Assembly: GCA_040390065.1 (NCBI GenBank)
Contig: JAZJZE010000017.1
Location: 31,274-95,273, forward strand
DNA length: 64,000 nt
Source: a bacterium
Lineage (GTDB): Archaea > Thermoplasmatota > E2 > JACPAO01 > JAHFTW01
Direction of reading: 5' to 3'
The notes below the pieces were generated by a model. That model saw only the letters and a program-made list of their open reading frames with translations, was not told the origin of the DNA and ran no database searches. This document shows, piece by piece, positions 8,144 through 16,266 of this stretch (positions within the stretch are counted from its first letter, which is position 1; every line of letters begins with the position of its first letter). A program made the position numbers and the translations under genes.

Positions 8144-9063
8144 GCGCGCACCGCCACGTCGACTGAGAGGAAGTCGGATGCGACCTCGACGGCGGGGAAG
8201 ACGGGTTTCGCTTCGGCGAGCAGCGGGGTCGTGTCCTTGTTGCGTGGGCTGATGTGGGTGAGGACGAGGCGCCTGGCCTTGGCCTTTGCCGCGATGCCGG
8301 CTGCCTCCGCCGCGGTCATGTGGCGTACTTCACGGGCCTTCTCCACGAGGTCCTGCGTGAACGTTGCCTCGCAGATGAAGAGGTCGGCGTCGACGGCGGC
8401 TTCCATGACGCCGAGGCACGGCTGCGTGTCGCCCGAGTACGTGATGCGGCGGCCGGGGCGAGCCGGCCCGAGGACTTGCTCCGGCGTGAACGTCATGCCG
8501 TCCTTCGTCGTCACGGTCTCGCCGCGTTGCAGGCGACCGAAGAGGGGTCCTTCCGGGATGCCGAGGGAGAGCGCCTTGGGCTTGTCGAAGAAGCCGGGAC
8601 GGTCGGGCTCCTGCATGGCGAGGGCGAGGTTCTGGATGCCGTGGTCGCCTTGGTAGACGCGCACCTCGTAGCCGTCCTTCTGGATGACGTCGCCGGGGCG
8701 CACTTCCTGGACGTGGATCTCGAATTCTTTCGGCCAGCCGCGCAGTTCACGCCAGGCGGCAACCAGCCGGGGAAGTCCCGGCGGACCGTAGACGTGCACG
8801 GGAGCCGTCCGCTCGTTCAGGGCCATCGTCTTCAGGAGCCCCGGTACGCCGTAGCAGTGGTCGCCGTGGTAGTGCGTGAGCCAGATCTGCGAGATCTGCT
8901 GGTACGACAGGCCCGACTTCTGGATCTGCCGCTGCGTGCCCTCGCCGCAGTCCCACAGGATGATCTCGCCGCCGCGCTTGACCGCGATGGCCGATAGTCC
9001 ACGCTCCGCCGTCGGCCAGCTGGCGCCTGTGCCAAGGAACGTGACGGAGAGGTTGGCGCTCAA
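8140..9063 (-). CDS. rnz: Ribonuclease Z (tRNA 3' endonuclease, metallo-beta-lactamase fold)
   Basis: VTFLGTGAS, WLTHYHGDHCYG (HxHxDH), and a length of ~307 aa. Confidence 0.9.
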   Translation of the reverse strand: MSANLSVTFLGTGASWPTAERGLSAIAVKRGGEIILWDCGEGTQRQIQKSGLSYQQISQIWLTHYHGDHCYGVPGLLKTMALNERTAPVHVYGPPGLPRLVAAWRELRGWPKEFEIHVQEVRPGDVIQKDGYEVRVYQGDHGIQNLALAMQEPDRPGFFDKPKALSLGIPEGPLFGRLQRGETVTTKDGMTFTPEQVLGPARPGRRITYSGDTQPCLGVMEAAVDADLFICEATFTQDLVEKAREVRHMTAAEAAGIAAKAKARRLVLTHISPRNKDTTPLLAEAKPVFPAVEVASDFLSVDVAVRA

Positions 9064-10109
9064 CCGTCCCGCCCTACGGCTGCGACTCTTTTAACGACGA
9101 TGAAGTGCCTTGTGAGGCTCTTGTGGACGGCGTCCTCGTGCCGCTCGACGACGACGAATCCTTCGGCCTCGATGCCGGCCAGGAGTTCCGGTCGGGCGCA
9201 GCCGATGACGGCGTGGCCTCCCGGCGCGAGCAGCGCCGCGAACGATTTCATGGCCCGCGTATACAGCGCCCCAAGCCCTTCGCCGTCCGTTCCACTTGCG
9301 CGTCCATAGGGAAGGTCCGCCACGATGGCATCGACGGGGCCGATGAGGTCGGGTGCGTCGCCGATGTCCGCCACGAAGCACGAGCCGGCAAGCGGTGCAT
9401 CCCCCGCGTCCGCCAACGTTGAGAGCGTGCCTTGCACCATGAACGAGTCGAGGTCCGAGCCGACGGCGTCGTAGCCTTCCAGTGCGGCCTCGAGCACGAA
9501 GCTGCCGGTGCCGCAGAATGGATCGTAGACCGTGGCGCCGGGCGGTGCACGGGCCAAGTGCAGCAAGGCGGCAGCACGCCGAGGATGGAGGGCGACTGGG
9601 CTGAAGTGCGCCCGTTCGTCGTTGCTGCGCGCCTCGAAGGCCGAGCGGTCAGTCTTCCCCAGTTGCTTGCCGATGCGGATGGCGCCGCCGGCCAGCCACG
9701 CATAGACCGTCGTCTCCGGTGCGACCAGATCGATCGTGTGGCCAGCCTCCTTGAGCGCCGCGCCCAGGCTGCGCTCGACCTGGAGGACCCGCGGGCTCTT
9801 GTCGCGGCCGCGGCGCTGCGTCACGACGGCGGCGCTGCCGACCCCCGTCGCCCGGCCGCGGACAACCTCATAGAGCGCGGCAAGGCCATGCGGGGAATCG
9901 GCGGCCTGTGCCCATGGTTCTCCCCAGTCGTGGGCCAATGCCATGCGGCGCAAGGCGGCGTCGAGCAGGTCGGCGTCCGCACCCTCCACGATGGCGACGA
10001 GGCCCTCGACCGTGACGGTCGCCCCCGGGGCATGCACGTCGACGAGCGCTCGCAGCTCGGCCGCCGGCATGGTGGGATGCTCCCCGGAGAGGAGCACGGC
10101 GCGTTGCAC
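9060..10109 (-). CDS. trm11: tRNA (guanine(10)-N2)-methyltransferase, Trm11/Trm-G10 type (THUMP + SAM-MTase)
   Basis: VYDPFCGTGSFVLEA (motif I), ADLPYGRASG (motif IV), and an N-terminal THUMP-like half. 4-nt overlap with rnz. Confidence 0.85.
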   Translation of the reverse strand: MQRAVLLSGEHPTMPAAELRALVDVHAPGATVTVEGLVAIVEGADADLLDAALRRMALAHDWGEPWAQAADSPHGLAALYEVVRGRATGVGSAAVVTQRRGRDKSPRVLQVERSLGAALKEAGHTIDLVAPETTVYAWLAGGAIRIGKQLGKTDRSAFEARSNDERAHFSPVALHPRRAAALLHLARAPPGATVYDPFCGTGSFVLEAALEGYDAVGSDLDSFMVQGTLSTLADAGDAPLAGSCFVADIGDAPDLIGPVDAIVADLPYGRASGTDGEGLGALYTRAMKSFAALLAPGGHAVIGCARPELLAGIEAEGFVVVERHEDAVHKSLTRHFIVVKRVAAVGRDG

Positions 10110-10147
10110 ACGCGGTCGAGGCGTCGTGCCACTTAGAGGCTAGCGGG

Positions 10148-11308
10148 TCACGCCTGGATGGCGGGGGCCAGGGTCGCGGGGACTTCGAGGCCCGAGGGCT
10201 GCTGCATGACACGGCGCACGGCTTGGGTGGTCGTGAGGAGTGTTTCCTTGCCGCGGCGGATCTTCTCGAGGACGCCGACGCCGACGAGTTTCTTGACGTG
10301 GAAGGACGCGAGGGCTGCACTCATGCCGAGTTCGCCGGCCATCGCTTTCTGGCTGGTCATCGGGTGGCTTGCGACGAAGGACGTGATCTGGCCGGCTGAG
10401 TCGCCGCGCACGGCGCTTGCCACCGCCATGTCCTGGCTCGACACCTTGCCGCCGTCCTCGAAGTAGCACTTCTGGTTGTTGACGCGGCGGGTCGTGACGA
10501 GCTTGCCCTTCTCGAGTTTGTCCAGGTGGTGCGTGATGGTTCCCCAGCCGGCGCCGACTTGGCGCGACAGTTCGCTGGCGTGCACACCTGGGTTGTTCTG
10601 GATCACCTGGAAGATCTGCGACCGCATCGGGTGTTCGAGGAGGTCGGAATTCTCGATGCGCGTGAAGCCGGCAAACGGTGTGAGCCACGCCAGCTTCTTG
10701 AGAAGCGCCCACAGCCCGTAGACGGCCGCTCCGGTCGTTGCGGCCGCACCGCTTGCGGCGACGGCCTGGAACACGGCGGGCTGCATCTGCTTCGGCCGCA
10801 TGGAGGCCACGAAGCTGCCGTACAGGCCGGCGAGGAACGCGAGTTGCGCACCGAGCCATCCTGCGGCGGCGGCGATGCCGGAGCTCGCCGCGCGGCCTGC
10901 CACCGCGAGCACGGCGCCGACGGCGCCAACGGCCTTGATGGCCGCTTCGCCAATCACGGCGAGTCCCAGTGAAAGGCCGGTCGCCATGGCGCCGCCGACG
11001 GAGACGAGTCCCGAGACCACGGCTTGGGCGCCGGCGCCGATGGCGCTTGCGACTTCGCCGATGAAGCGTCCGACCGCACCGGCGGCGTTGCCGATGCCCT
11101 TGCCCGCGGCGCCGGCGGCGTTGCCGATGCCTTTCGCCGCACCGCCGACGCCGTCGCCGACTTGGTCGATGAGGCTGCGTCCCTTGTGGACGGTGTTGTT
11201 GGCGAGGTTCTGGGCGTCCGCGGTCGGGTCGGCGCTGCAAGGCTGGGCCTGGAACAAGACCAGGCCAGCAAGCAGGAGTGCGGCGACGACCATCAGGCGC
11301 ATCGGCAT
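10148..11308 (-). CDS. Membrane-tethered protein with two C-terminal winged-helix (ArsR-like) DNA-binding domains
   Basis: Signal/anchor MRLMVVAALLLAGLVLF, Gly/Ala repeats (KGIGNAAGA x2) and several hydrophobic segments. These are followed by HPMRSQIFQVIQNNPGVHASELSRQVG...HHLDKLEKGKLV and a second HTH, AMAGELGMSAALASFHVKKLVGVGVLEK. The start may be the ATG at 11302. Confidence 0.7.
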   Translation of the reverse strand: MPMRLMVVAALLLAGLVLFQAQPCSADPTADAQNLANNTVHKGRSLIDQVGDGVGGAAKGIGNAAGAAGKGIGNAAGAVGRFIGEVASAIGAGAQAVVSGLVSVGGAMATGLSLGLAVIGEAAIKAVGAVGAVLAVAGRAASSGIAAAAGWLGAQLAFLAGLYGSFVASMRPKQMQPAVFQAVAASGAAATTGAAVYGLWALLKKLAWLTPFAGFTRIENSDLLEHPMRSQIFQVIQNNPGVHASELSRQVGAGWGTITHHLDKLEKGKLVTTRRVNNQKCYFEDGGKVSSQDMAVASAVRGDSAGQITSFVASHPMTSQKAMAGELGMSAALASFHVKKLVGVGVLEKIRRGKETLLTTTQAVRRVMQQPSGLEVPATLAPAIQA

Positions 11309-11325
11309 GAACGGTCTTCTCAAGC

Positions 11326-11334
11326 AATATAAGG
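11326..11334. promoter_or_regulatory. TATA-like box in divergent spacer
   Basis: aatataagg lies about 22-28 nt upstream of the minus-strand ATGs at 11308/11302. Confidence 0.4.
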
Positions 11335-11337
11335 TCA

Positions 11338-11829
11338 TTGGTGGGCCGACTGGAATCAGAGGGGTTCCAGGAGGCAATCAGGCCCGACGTATCCAGCACA
11401 CTCAAGCGGGTGCGGGGATGGAGTGGGGGCGTGGCATCGGCGCGCGGCCGCATCACGGACGTGGAGGACTACATCGCGGGCCACAAGCCCGTCGTCCAGG
11501 AGCGCCTGCGGGAGTTGCGCGCGCTCGTGCGTGCCGGCGCGCCGCACCTGCAGGAATCGATGCGCCGCGACGTACCGACGTACCACGCCGAGGGCGTCGA
11601 CCGCATGTGGCTGCGCGGCTACGCGGACCACGCGACGCTTGGCTTCTTCGCCGGGGCGTCGCTTGCCGACGAAGCGCGGCTCCTGGAGGGATGGGGCCGC
11701 GAGCGGCATGTCAAGTTGTTTGCCCGCACGGCCCTGGACCGCGACGCCGTGCAGGGCCTCGTCAAGGCGTCGGCCGCGCCACGATCCGCTCACGTCCACC
11801 CAAGTAGGGTCGCAGCGGCTCCGGGATGA
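11338..11829 (+). CDS. DUF1801 (YdhG-like) domain protein
   Basis: VEDYIAGHKPVVQERLRELRALVRAGAPHLQESM...PTY pattern. The true start is probably the GTG at 11410 or 11431. The 3' end overlaps serS by 68 nt. Confidence 0.55.
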   Translation: MVGRLESEGFQEAIRPDVSSTLKRVRGWSGGVASARGRITDVEDYIAGHKPVVQERLRELRALVRAGAPHLQESMRRDVPTYHAEGVDRMWLRGYADHATLGFFAGASLADEARLLEGWGRERHVKLFARTALDRDAVQGLVKASAAPRSAHVHPSRVAAAPG

Positions 11830-13183
11830 GGACTGAGCCGTCGGCCTGCTGGAAGTTCTCCAGGATTGCAACCAATGTGCGCTGCACCGCGATGGCCGTG
11901 GAGTTGAGCGTGTGGACGACTTCCGTCGGGTCGCCCGGGTTCTTGCGGCTGCGCGTGTTGTAGCGCCGTGCCTGGAAGTCCGTGCAGTTCGAGCAGCTGA
12001 CGACTTCGCGGTACGCGCCCTGCGCCGGCATCCACGCCTCGATGTCGTACTTCTTCGCCGCGATGGAGCCGAGGTCGCCGGTGCAGATGTTCACGACGCG
12101 GTACGGAATCTTCAGTTTCTGGTACAGCGATTCCGCGTTGGCGATGAGCTCATCATGGATGCGCCATGAGTCCTCGGGCTTGCAATACACGAACATCTCG
12201 ACCTTGCTGAACTGGTGGACGCGGAAGATGCCCTTCGAGTCCTTGCCGTGCGCGCCAGCCTCCTTGCGGAAGCAGGGTGACACGCCCGCGTAGCGGAGAG
12301 GGAGTTTGGCGTCCTCGAGGATCTCGCCCATGTGCATTGCAGCGATGGGGTGCTCGGACGTGGCGATGAGGTACAGGTCCGGTTCTCGGGCCCGCCCGAA
12401 CTTGTCAACAGATGGAACAGATGCAGCAGATGAAGCGGACGGGCTGCCCGCAATCTGTTTGTTCTGTTTCATCTGTTGACCGTCCGTCGGCGGCCCCGAG
12501 GCCACTTCAACACCACCCGCCTCGACCTTGTAGATCACGGACTCGAAGTCCGCCAAATCGATTGCCCCCTCCAGGGCCTCGCGGCGAAGCAGGTACGGCG
12601 GCTCGATGGGCAGGAAGCCCTTCTTCGACAACTCCGTGAGCGCGAAGAACTCCAAGGCCCGACCAAGCATCACCAGGTCGCCCTTGAGGTAGAAAAAGCG
12701 GCTGCCGGCGGCGCGGGCGGCGCGTTCCAGGTCCGCAAGGTCGAGGGATTCCAGGAGGTCGACGTGCGACTTCGCCGGGAACGCATGCGTCGGCTTGCCG
12801 CCCCAGGCGCGAATCTCCACGTTCTCGGAATCGTCCCTGCCGACGGGGACCGAGGGATGCATGAGATTCGGGATGGTGCGAAGCAGACCGTCGCGAGTCT
12901 TCTCCGCTGTCGGCACGTCCGATTCGAGGCGCTTCAGTTCGTCGCCGAGTTGCGCCATCTTCGCAAGAATCTCCTTCGCATCGCCACCCGCCTTCTTCGC
13001 CTCCGCGATGAGCTTGCCCGACTTGTTGCGCTCCGCCCGCAAGGCCTCCATTTTCTGCAGGCCCTCGCGCCAGGCACGGTCATGTTCACGCACGTCGTCC
13101 ACGACGGCGGCGTCGCGACCGCGCTTCTTGAGGTCGGCTCGGACCCGTTCCGGGTCTTCTCGCAGGATGCGGATGTCAAGCAT
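11762..13183 (-). CDS. serS: Serine--tRNA ligase, carrying a 45-aa in-frame insertion
   Basis: MLDIRILREDPERV coiled-coil arm, LYLIATSEHPIAAMH, GVSPCFRKEAGAHGKDSKGIFRVHQFSKVE, and SNCTDFQARR. Confidence 0.92.
   Translation of the reverse strand: MLDIRILREDPERVRADLKKRGRDAAVVDDVREHDRAWREGLQKMEALRAERNKSGKLIAEAKKAGGDAKEILAKMAQLGDELKRLESDVPTAEKTRDGLLRTIPNLMHPSVPVGRDDSENVEIRAWGGKPTHAFPAKSHVDLLESLDLADLERAARAAGSRFFYLKGDLVMLGRALEFFALTELSKKGFLPIEPPYLLRREALEGAIDLADFESVIYKVEAGGVEVASGPPTDGQQMKQNKQIAGSPSASSAASVPSVDKFGRAREPDLYLIATSEHPIAAMHMGEILEDAKLPLRYAGVSPCFRKEAGAHGKDSKGIFRVHQFSKVEMFVYCKPEDSWRIHDELIANAESLYQKLKIPYRVVNICTGDLGSIAAKKYDIEAWMPAQGAYREVVSCSNCTDFQARRYNTRSRKNPGDPTEVVHTLNSTAIAVQRTLVAILENFQQADGSVLIPEPLRPYLGGRERIVARPTP
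12386..12520. repeat. Palindromic 9-mer element (copy A3) inserted in frame in serS
   Basis: The core at 12404-12480 reads gtcaacagatggaacagatgcagcagatgaagc-ggacgggctgcccg-caatctgtttgttctgtttcatctgttgac. The flank cgtccgtcggcggc is shared with the copy at 59.99 kb. 135 nt = 45 codons with no stop. Confidence 0.7.
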
Positions 13184-13212
13184 GGGATTGTCCGGGCGAG
13201 GAGGCCAAGCGG

Positions 13213-13217
13213 TTTAA
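13213..13217. promoter_or_regulatory. Shared TATA-like box (ggTTTAAggg) between divergent serS and the membrane protein-fixCX operon
   Basis: About 32 nt from the serS ATG (13183) and about 25 nt from the GTGs at 13239/13242. Confidence 0.4.
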
Positions 13218-13232
13218 GGGCTGGCCGGGCCA

Positions 13233-13664
13233 TTGGCAGTGGTGGCTGTCAGGACCTCGGGGCCCGTGCTGCTTGCAACGACCTTCGTCGTCGCTCTTGT
13301 TGCTGGCGGGCTGTCGTACGCAGGCTGGGCCGGTGCCCGATCGGGGGGCGCCGCAGGTGGCGCATCACTTTGGAGCGCCGCGGCCGCCGCGGCGGTCCTG
13401 GTGCTCGTCGCCGCGTCCGTCTCAGTCCGGCGTGGCGCTGCGCGCCGCCCCATTGACGTTGGCATCCTGGTCGGCGCGGCCGGGGCACTGGGCGCTTCGT
13501 CCGTCTCCTGGGCCATTGTCCTTACCGACGACGCCTCCGCCTGGCTGATTTCCGTCTTCGTCACCGCCCTTTCGCTCATCGTGGGCCTTGGGGCAGGCAT
13601 TGCCGGGGCGTTGATGGCGCGTAGGGGAAGCCGGCCAGCGCGACGAGAACCCGAGGATGCATGA
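13233..13664 (+). CDS. Hypothetical 4-TM membrane protein (first gene of fixCX operon)
   Basis: Four Ala/Val/Leu-rich hydrophobic spans. 8-nt overlap with the fixC start. TTG/GTG start region. Confidence 0.5.
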   Translation: MAVVAVRTSGPVLLATTFVVALVAGGLSYAGWAGARSGGAAGGASLWSAAAAAAVLVLVAASVSVRRGAARRPIDVGILVGAAGALGASSVSWAIVLTDDASAWLISVFVTALSLIVGLGAGIAGALMARRGSRPARREPEDA

Positions 13665-15039
13665 AGGCGGGCTGCGCCCCGAACCTCTCATAAACCGCCT
13701 CCCTGTGCGCGCCATCGTGGCCTCCCCAGCGGTCCAAGGAAAGACCCAGTTCCAGTGCATCGTCGTCGGCGGCGGCTTCGCCGGCTCCGTGGCCGCCATC
13801 CGCCTTGCCCAGAAGGGCATCAAGGTCCTGCTCGTGGAGCGCGGCGACGAGGGCGGTGCCAAGAACCTGTCCGGTGGCATCCTCTGGGGCAACGACCTCG
13901 CGAAGGTCCTGCCGGACTGGAAGGCCACGGCGCCCATTGAACGCCCCGTGACGGACAAGAAGGTCGGCTTCCTCGGCGAGAAGGGCAGCGCCTTCGTCAT
14001 CGAATACTTCGACCCGGCCCTGAAGACACAGACGGTGGGCTACGCGGTGCTGCGTGCCAAGACGGACAAGTGGCTCCTGTCCGAGGCGAAGAAGGCCGGG
14101 GTCACCGTCGTGACCGGCGTCAACGTCGAGGCCTTGCAGAAGGAGAACGGCCGCGTCGTCGGCGTCGTGCAGGCCGGCGAAGTCACGTACGCGGACTGCG
14201 TCATCATCGCGGACGGCGCAAACTCGCGGCTGACCATCCAGGGCGACTTGCGCCACGGCGACAAGAAACTCGACATGGACCACTACGCCCTTGGCGTGAA
14301 GGAGGTCCTCAAGTTGCCGCGCAACGTGATTGAGGAGCGCTTCGGCTGCGGCGCCGACGGGGGTGTCGCCGCGGAATTCGTCATCGGGCGCAGCGACGGC
14401 GTGCTGGCCGGCGGATTCCTGTACACGAACAACGACACGCTGTCGCTCGGCGTCGTCATCAACCTGCCCTCCATGAAGGGGCAAGGCGAACTCACGAGCC
14501 ACGACGTCGTCGAGCAGTTCCGCAACCACCCGTACGTGCAGAGCCTGGTGAAGGGCGCAGAACTCGTCGAGTACGGCGCCCACATCGTGCCCGAAGGCGG
14601 CTACTCGGCGCTGTCCGAACTGGCTGGCGACGGCGTGCTCGTGGCCGGCGACGCGGCGGGCTTCTGCTTCTCCAACGGCATCGTCATCCAGGGCATGAAC
14701 TACGCCGTCCGGTCGGGCATCTGCGCCGCCGACGCCGTGGCCTACGCCGTCAAGCGCGGCGACTTCTCGGCCGTCACCCTGTCGCACTACGAGAAACTCC
14801 TCGAGGCCGACGGCATCATGGGCGACTTCAAGCGCTTCAAGAACGTCGGCAACTTCCTCTGGAACCCGCGCCTTTTCCAGAAGTACCCTGACTTCCTTGC
14901 GGGAATCTTCCGCAACCTCCTGTCGGCGGAAGGCGAGAAGCAGAAGATGAAGAGCCACCTCTTCACGGCGATGAAGGAAGCGGGAATCTCCAAGCGCGAA
15001 GCCTTCGCCGACCTCCTCAATGCCGGATCGAACCTCTAG
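13657..15039 (+). CDS. fixC: Electron-transfer flavoprotein:quinone oxidoreductase FixC-type (FAD)
   Basis: FQCIVVGGGFAGSVAAIRLAQKGIKVLLVERG dinucleotide fold, VAGDAAGF, ~460 aa. It is followed by fixX. Confidence 0.88.
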   Translation: MHEGGLRPEPLINRLPVRAIVASPAVQGKTQFQCIVVGGGFAGSVAAIRLAQKGIKVLLVERGDEGGAKNLSGGILWGNDLAKVLPDWKATAPIERPVTDKKVGFLGEKGSAFVIEYFDPALKTQTVGYAVLRAKTDKWLLSEAKKAGVTVVTGVNVEALQKENGRVVGVVQAGEVTYADCVIIADGANSRLTIQGDLRHGDKKLDMDHYALGVKEVLKLPRNVIEERFGCGADGGVAAEFVIGRSDGVLAGGFLYTNNDTLSLGVVINLPSMKGQGELTSHDVVEQFRNHPYVQSLVKGAELVEYGAHIVPEGGYSALSELAGDGVLVAGDAAGFCFSNGIVIQGMNYAVRSGICAADAVAYAVKRGDFSAVTLSHYEKLLEADGIMGDFKRFKNVGNFLWNPRLFQKYPDFLAGIFRNLLSAEGEKQKMKSHLFTAMKEAGISKREAFADLLNAGSNL

Positions 15040-15046
15040 GTGCACC

Positions 15047-15454
15047 ATGTCCGCCCCGACCCACGCCCCAGGCACGCCGAAAGCCCCGAGCCACGCCGAC
15101 CCGCTCGAGGGCCCCACGACGGCGACGAAGCCCCGGGTGGTCCCACTGCCGGAATCCAGCCTCAAGGCCCTGCCCAAGATTGACATCAAGGCGCGCCTCG
15201 GGGCTACCAAGTTCGTGACCGACGCACACGAGTTCGCCCACATCACGGTCGACCCGAACATCTGCGAGACGTGCCCGCACACCATGTGCGTCAACACGTG
15301 CCCGGCAAAGTGTTTCGAGTTCGTCAATGGCCGCATGCAGTTCACGTATGAGGACTGCGTCGAATGCGGCACGTGCGACATCGTGTGCACTCCGGGTTCC
15401 GTCAAATGGAACCATCCGCGCGCGTCCTTTGGCGTCAACTACCGCTACGGCTAG
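15047..15454 (+). CDS. fixX: Ferredoxin-like protein FixX (with ~45-aa Pro/Thr-rich N-terminal extension)
   Basis: CETCPHTMCVNTCPAKCF...YEDCVECGTCDIVC...WNHPRASFGVNYRYG. Confidence 0.85.
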   Translation: MSAPTHAPGTPKAPSHADPLEGPTTATKPRVVPLPESSLKALPKIDIKARLGATKFVTDAHEFAHITVDPNICETCPHTMCVNTCPAKCFEFVNGRMQFTYEDCVECGTCDIVCTPGSVKWNHPRASFGVNYRYG

Positions 15455-15490
15455 CACCGCCATCGGCGCTTGACGTGGCCAAGAGATCCC

Positions 15491-15584
15491 AATCAACCGA
15501 AGCAACAGAAGCAGCCGAACGACGGTCGGTCGGTTGCGTCGGTTGCGTCGGTTGGCAGGCCGGCGTCGTCGGGTCGGTTGATTA
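15491..15584. repeat. Full palindromic 9-mer element (copy A4) between convergent genes
   Basis: The termini aatcaaccga / tcggttgatt flank the arms agcaacagaagcagccgaac and cggttgcgtcggttgcgtcggttgg. The right terminus supplies the stop codon of the 15582..16145 gene. Confidence 0.65.
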
Positions 15585-16145
15585 GCCCAATGGATCGCGC
15601 GGCAGACCGATGCGCCCCGCTGCCAGCGACAGCAGTACGGCCGCCGCAAGCCCAGCCGTCAGAACCGCCAATGCCAGCGGCGTTGCCCGCCCCGCCGCGA
15701 GCCAGCCCGCGGTGCCCACAACGAGCAACACCGCAGCCCACCGCGCCGGCCGGATGGCTGCCTTGACGCGCAGCTCCACGGTCTTCCGTTCGTCGTCGTG
15801 TCGAGCCTCTGCCTTCTTCGCCGCGCGTTCCACGCCTTCAAGCCGCCTCACATCCGCGCGCAGGGCGGCAAGCTCCTGCTTCTCCGCCGCGCTCGTCTCG
15901 ACGCGCTGCTCGGCGTTCTCGGTCCGCCGCCGCACCGTCTCCTTCCGGTCCGCCAACTCCTTGGCTTGCGCCCGCCGGTCCGCTTCCCATTCGGCCTTTT
16001 CCTGTTCCATGCGATCCATGCGGCGGGAGTGCTGCGCCTTGAGGTCGCGCATCTTGAGGTCGAACTCCCGTTCCAAGTCGCGGCGACGCGCAGCCAACTC
16101 GCGGTGTGCCGCCTCCGGCAAGTCCGACTCGTCCTCGTCCCCCAT
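15582..16145 (-). CDS. Coiled-coil protein with C-terminal double TM anchor, hypothetical
   Basis: A charged heptad-like region (RRDLEREFDLKMRDLKAQ...) is followed by WAAVLLVVGTAGWLAAG and LALAVLTAGLAAAVLLSLAAG. The start is taken at MGDEDESD. Confidence 0.5.
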   Translation of the reverse strand: MGDEDESDLPEAAHRELAARRRDLEREFDLKMRDLKAQHSRRMDRMEQEKAEWEADRRAQAKELADRKETVRRRTENAEQRVETSAAEKQELAALRADVRRLEGVERAAKKAEARHDDERKTVELRVKAAIRPARWAAVLLVVGTAGWLAAGRATPLALAVLTAGLAAAVLLSLAAGRIGLPRDPLG

Positions 16146-16266
16146 GCAGCCCAAGGAGCACGACCGGGGGCATAGCCCCATCGCGCGGCCCAGCCTCGGG
16201 AACGGCCATCCGCCGTACAAGGAAGCGGCACAAAGATTACCAGCACGAAGCCCATTCCTGCCCTCG

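Noticed and set aside
11762-11829. The 68-nt convergent overlap of the DUF1801 ORF with the serS 3' end as a sign of a false gene or frameshift.
   Set aside because: The DUF1801 core is recognisable upstream of the overlap. The overlap is most simply a late stop in a high-GC frame. No evidence for a frameshift is visible, so both genes are kept, with lower confidence for the DUF1801 ends.
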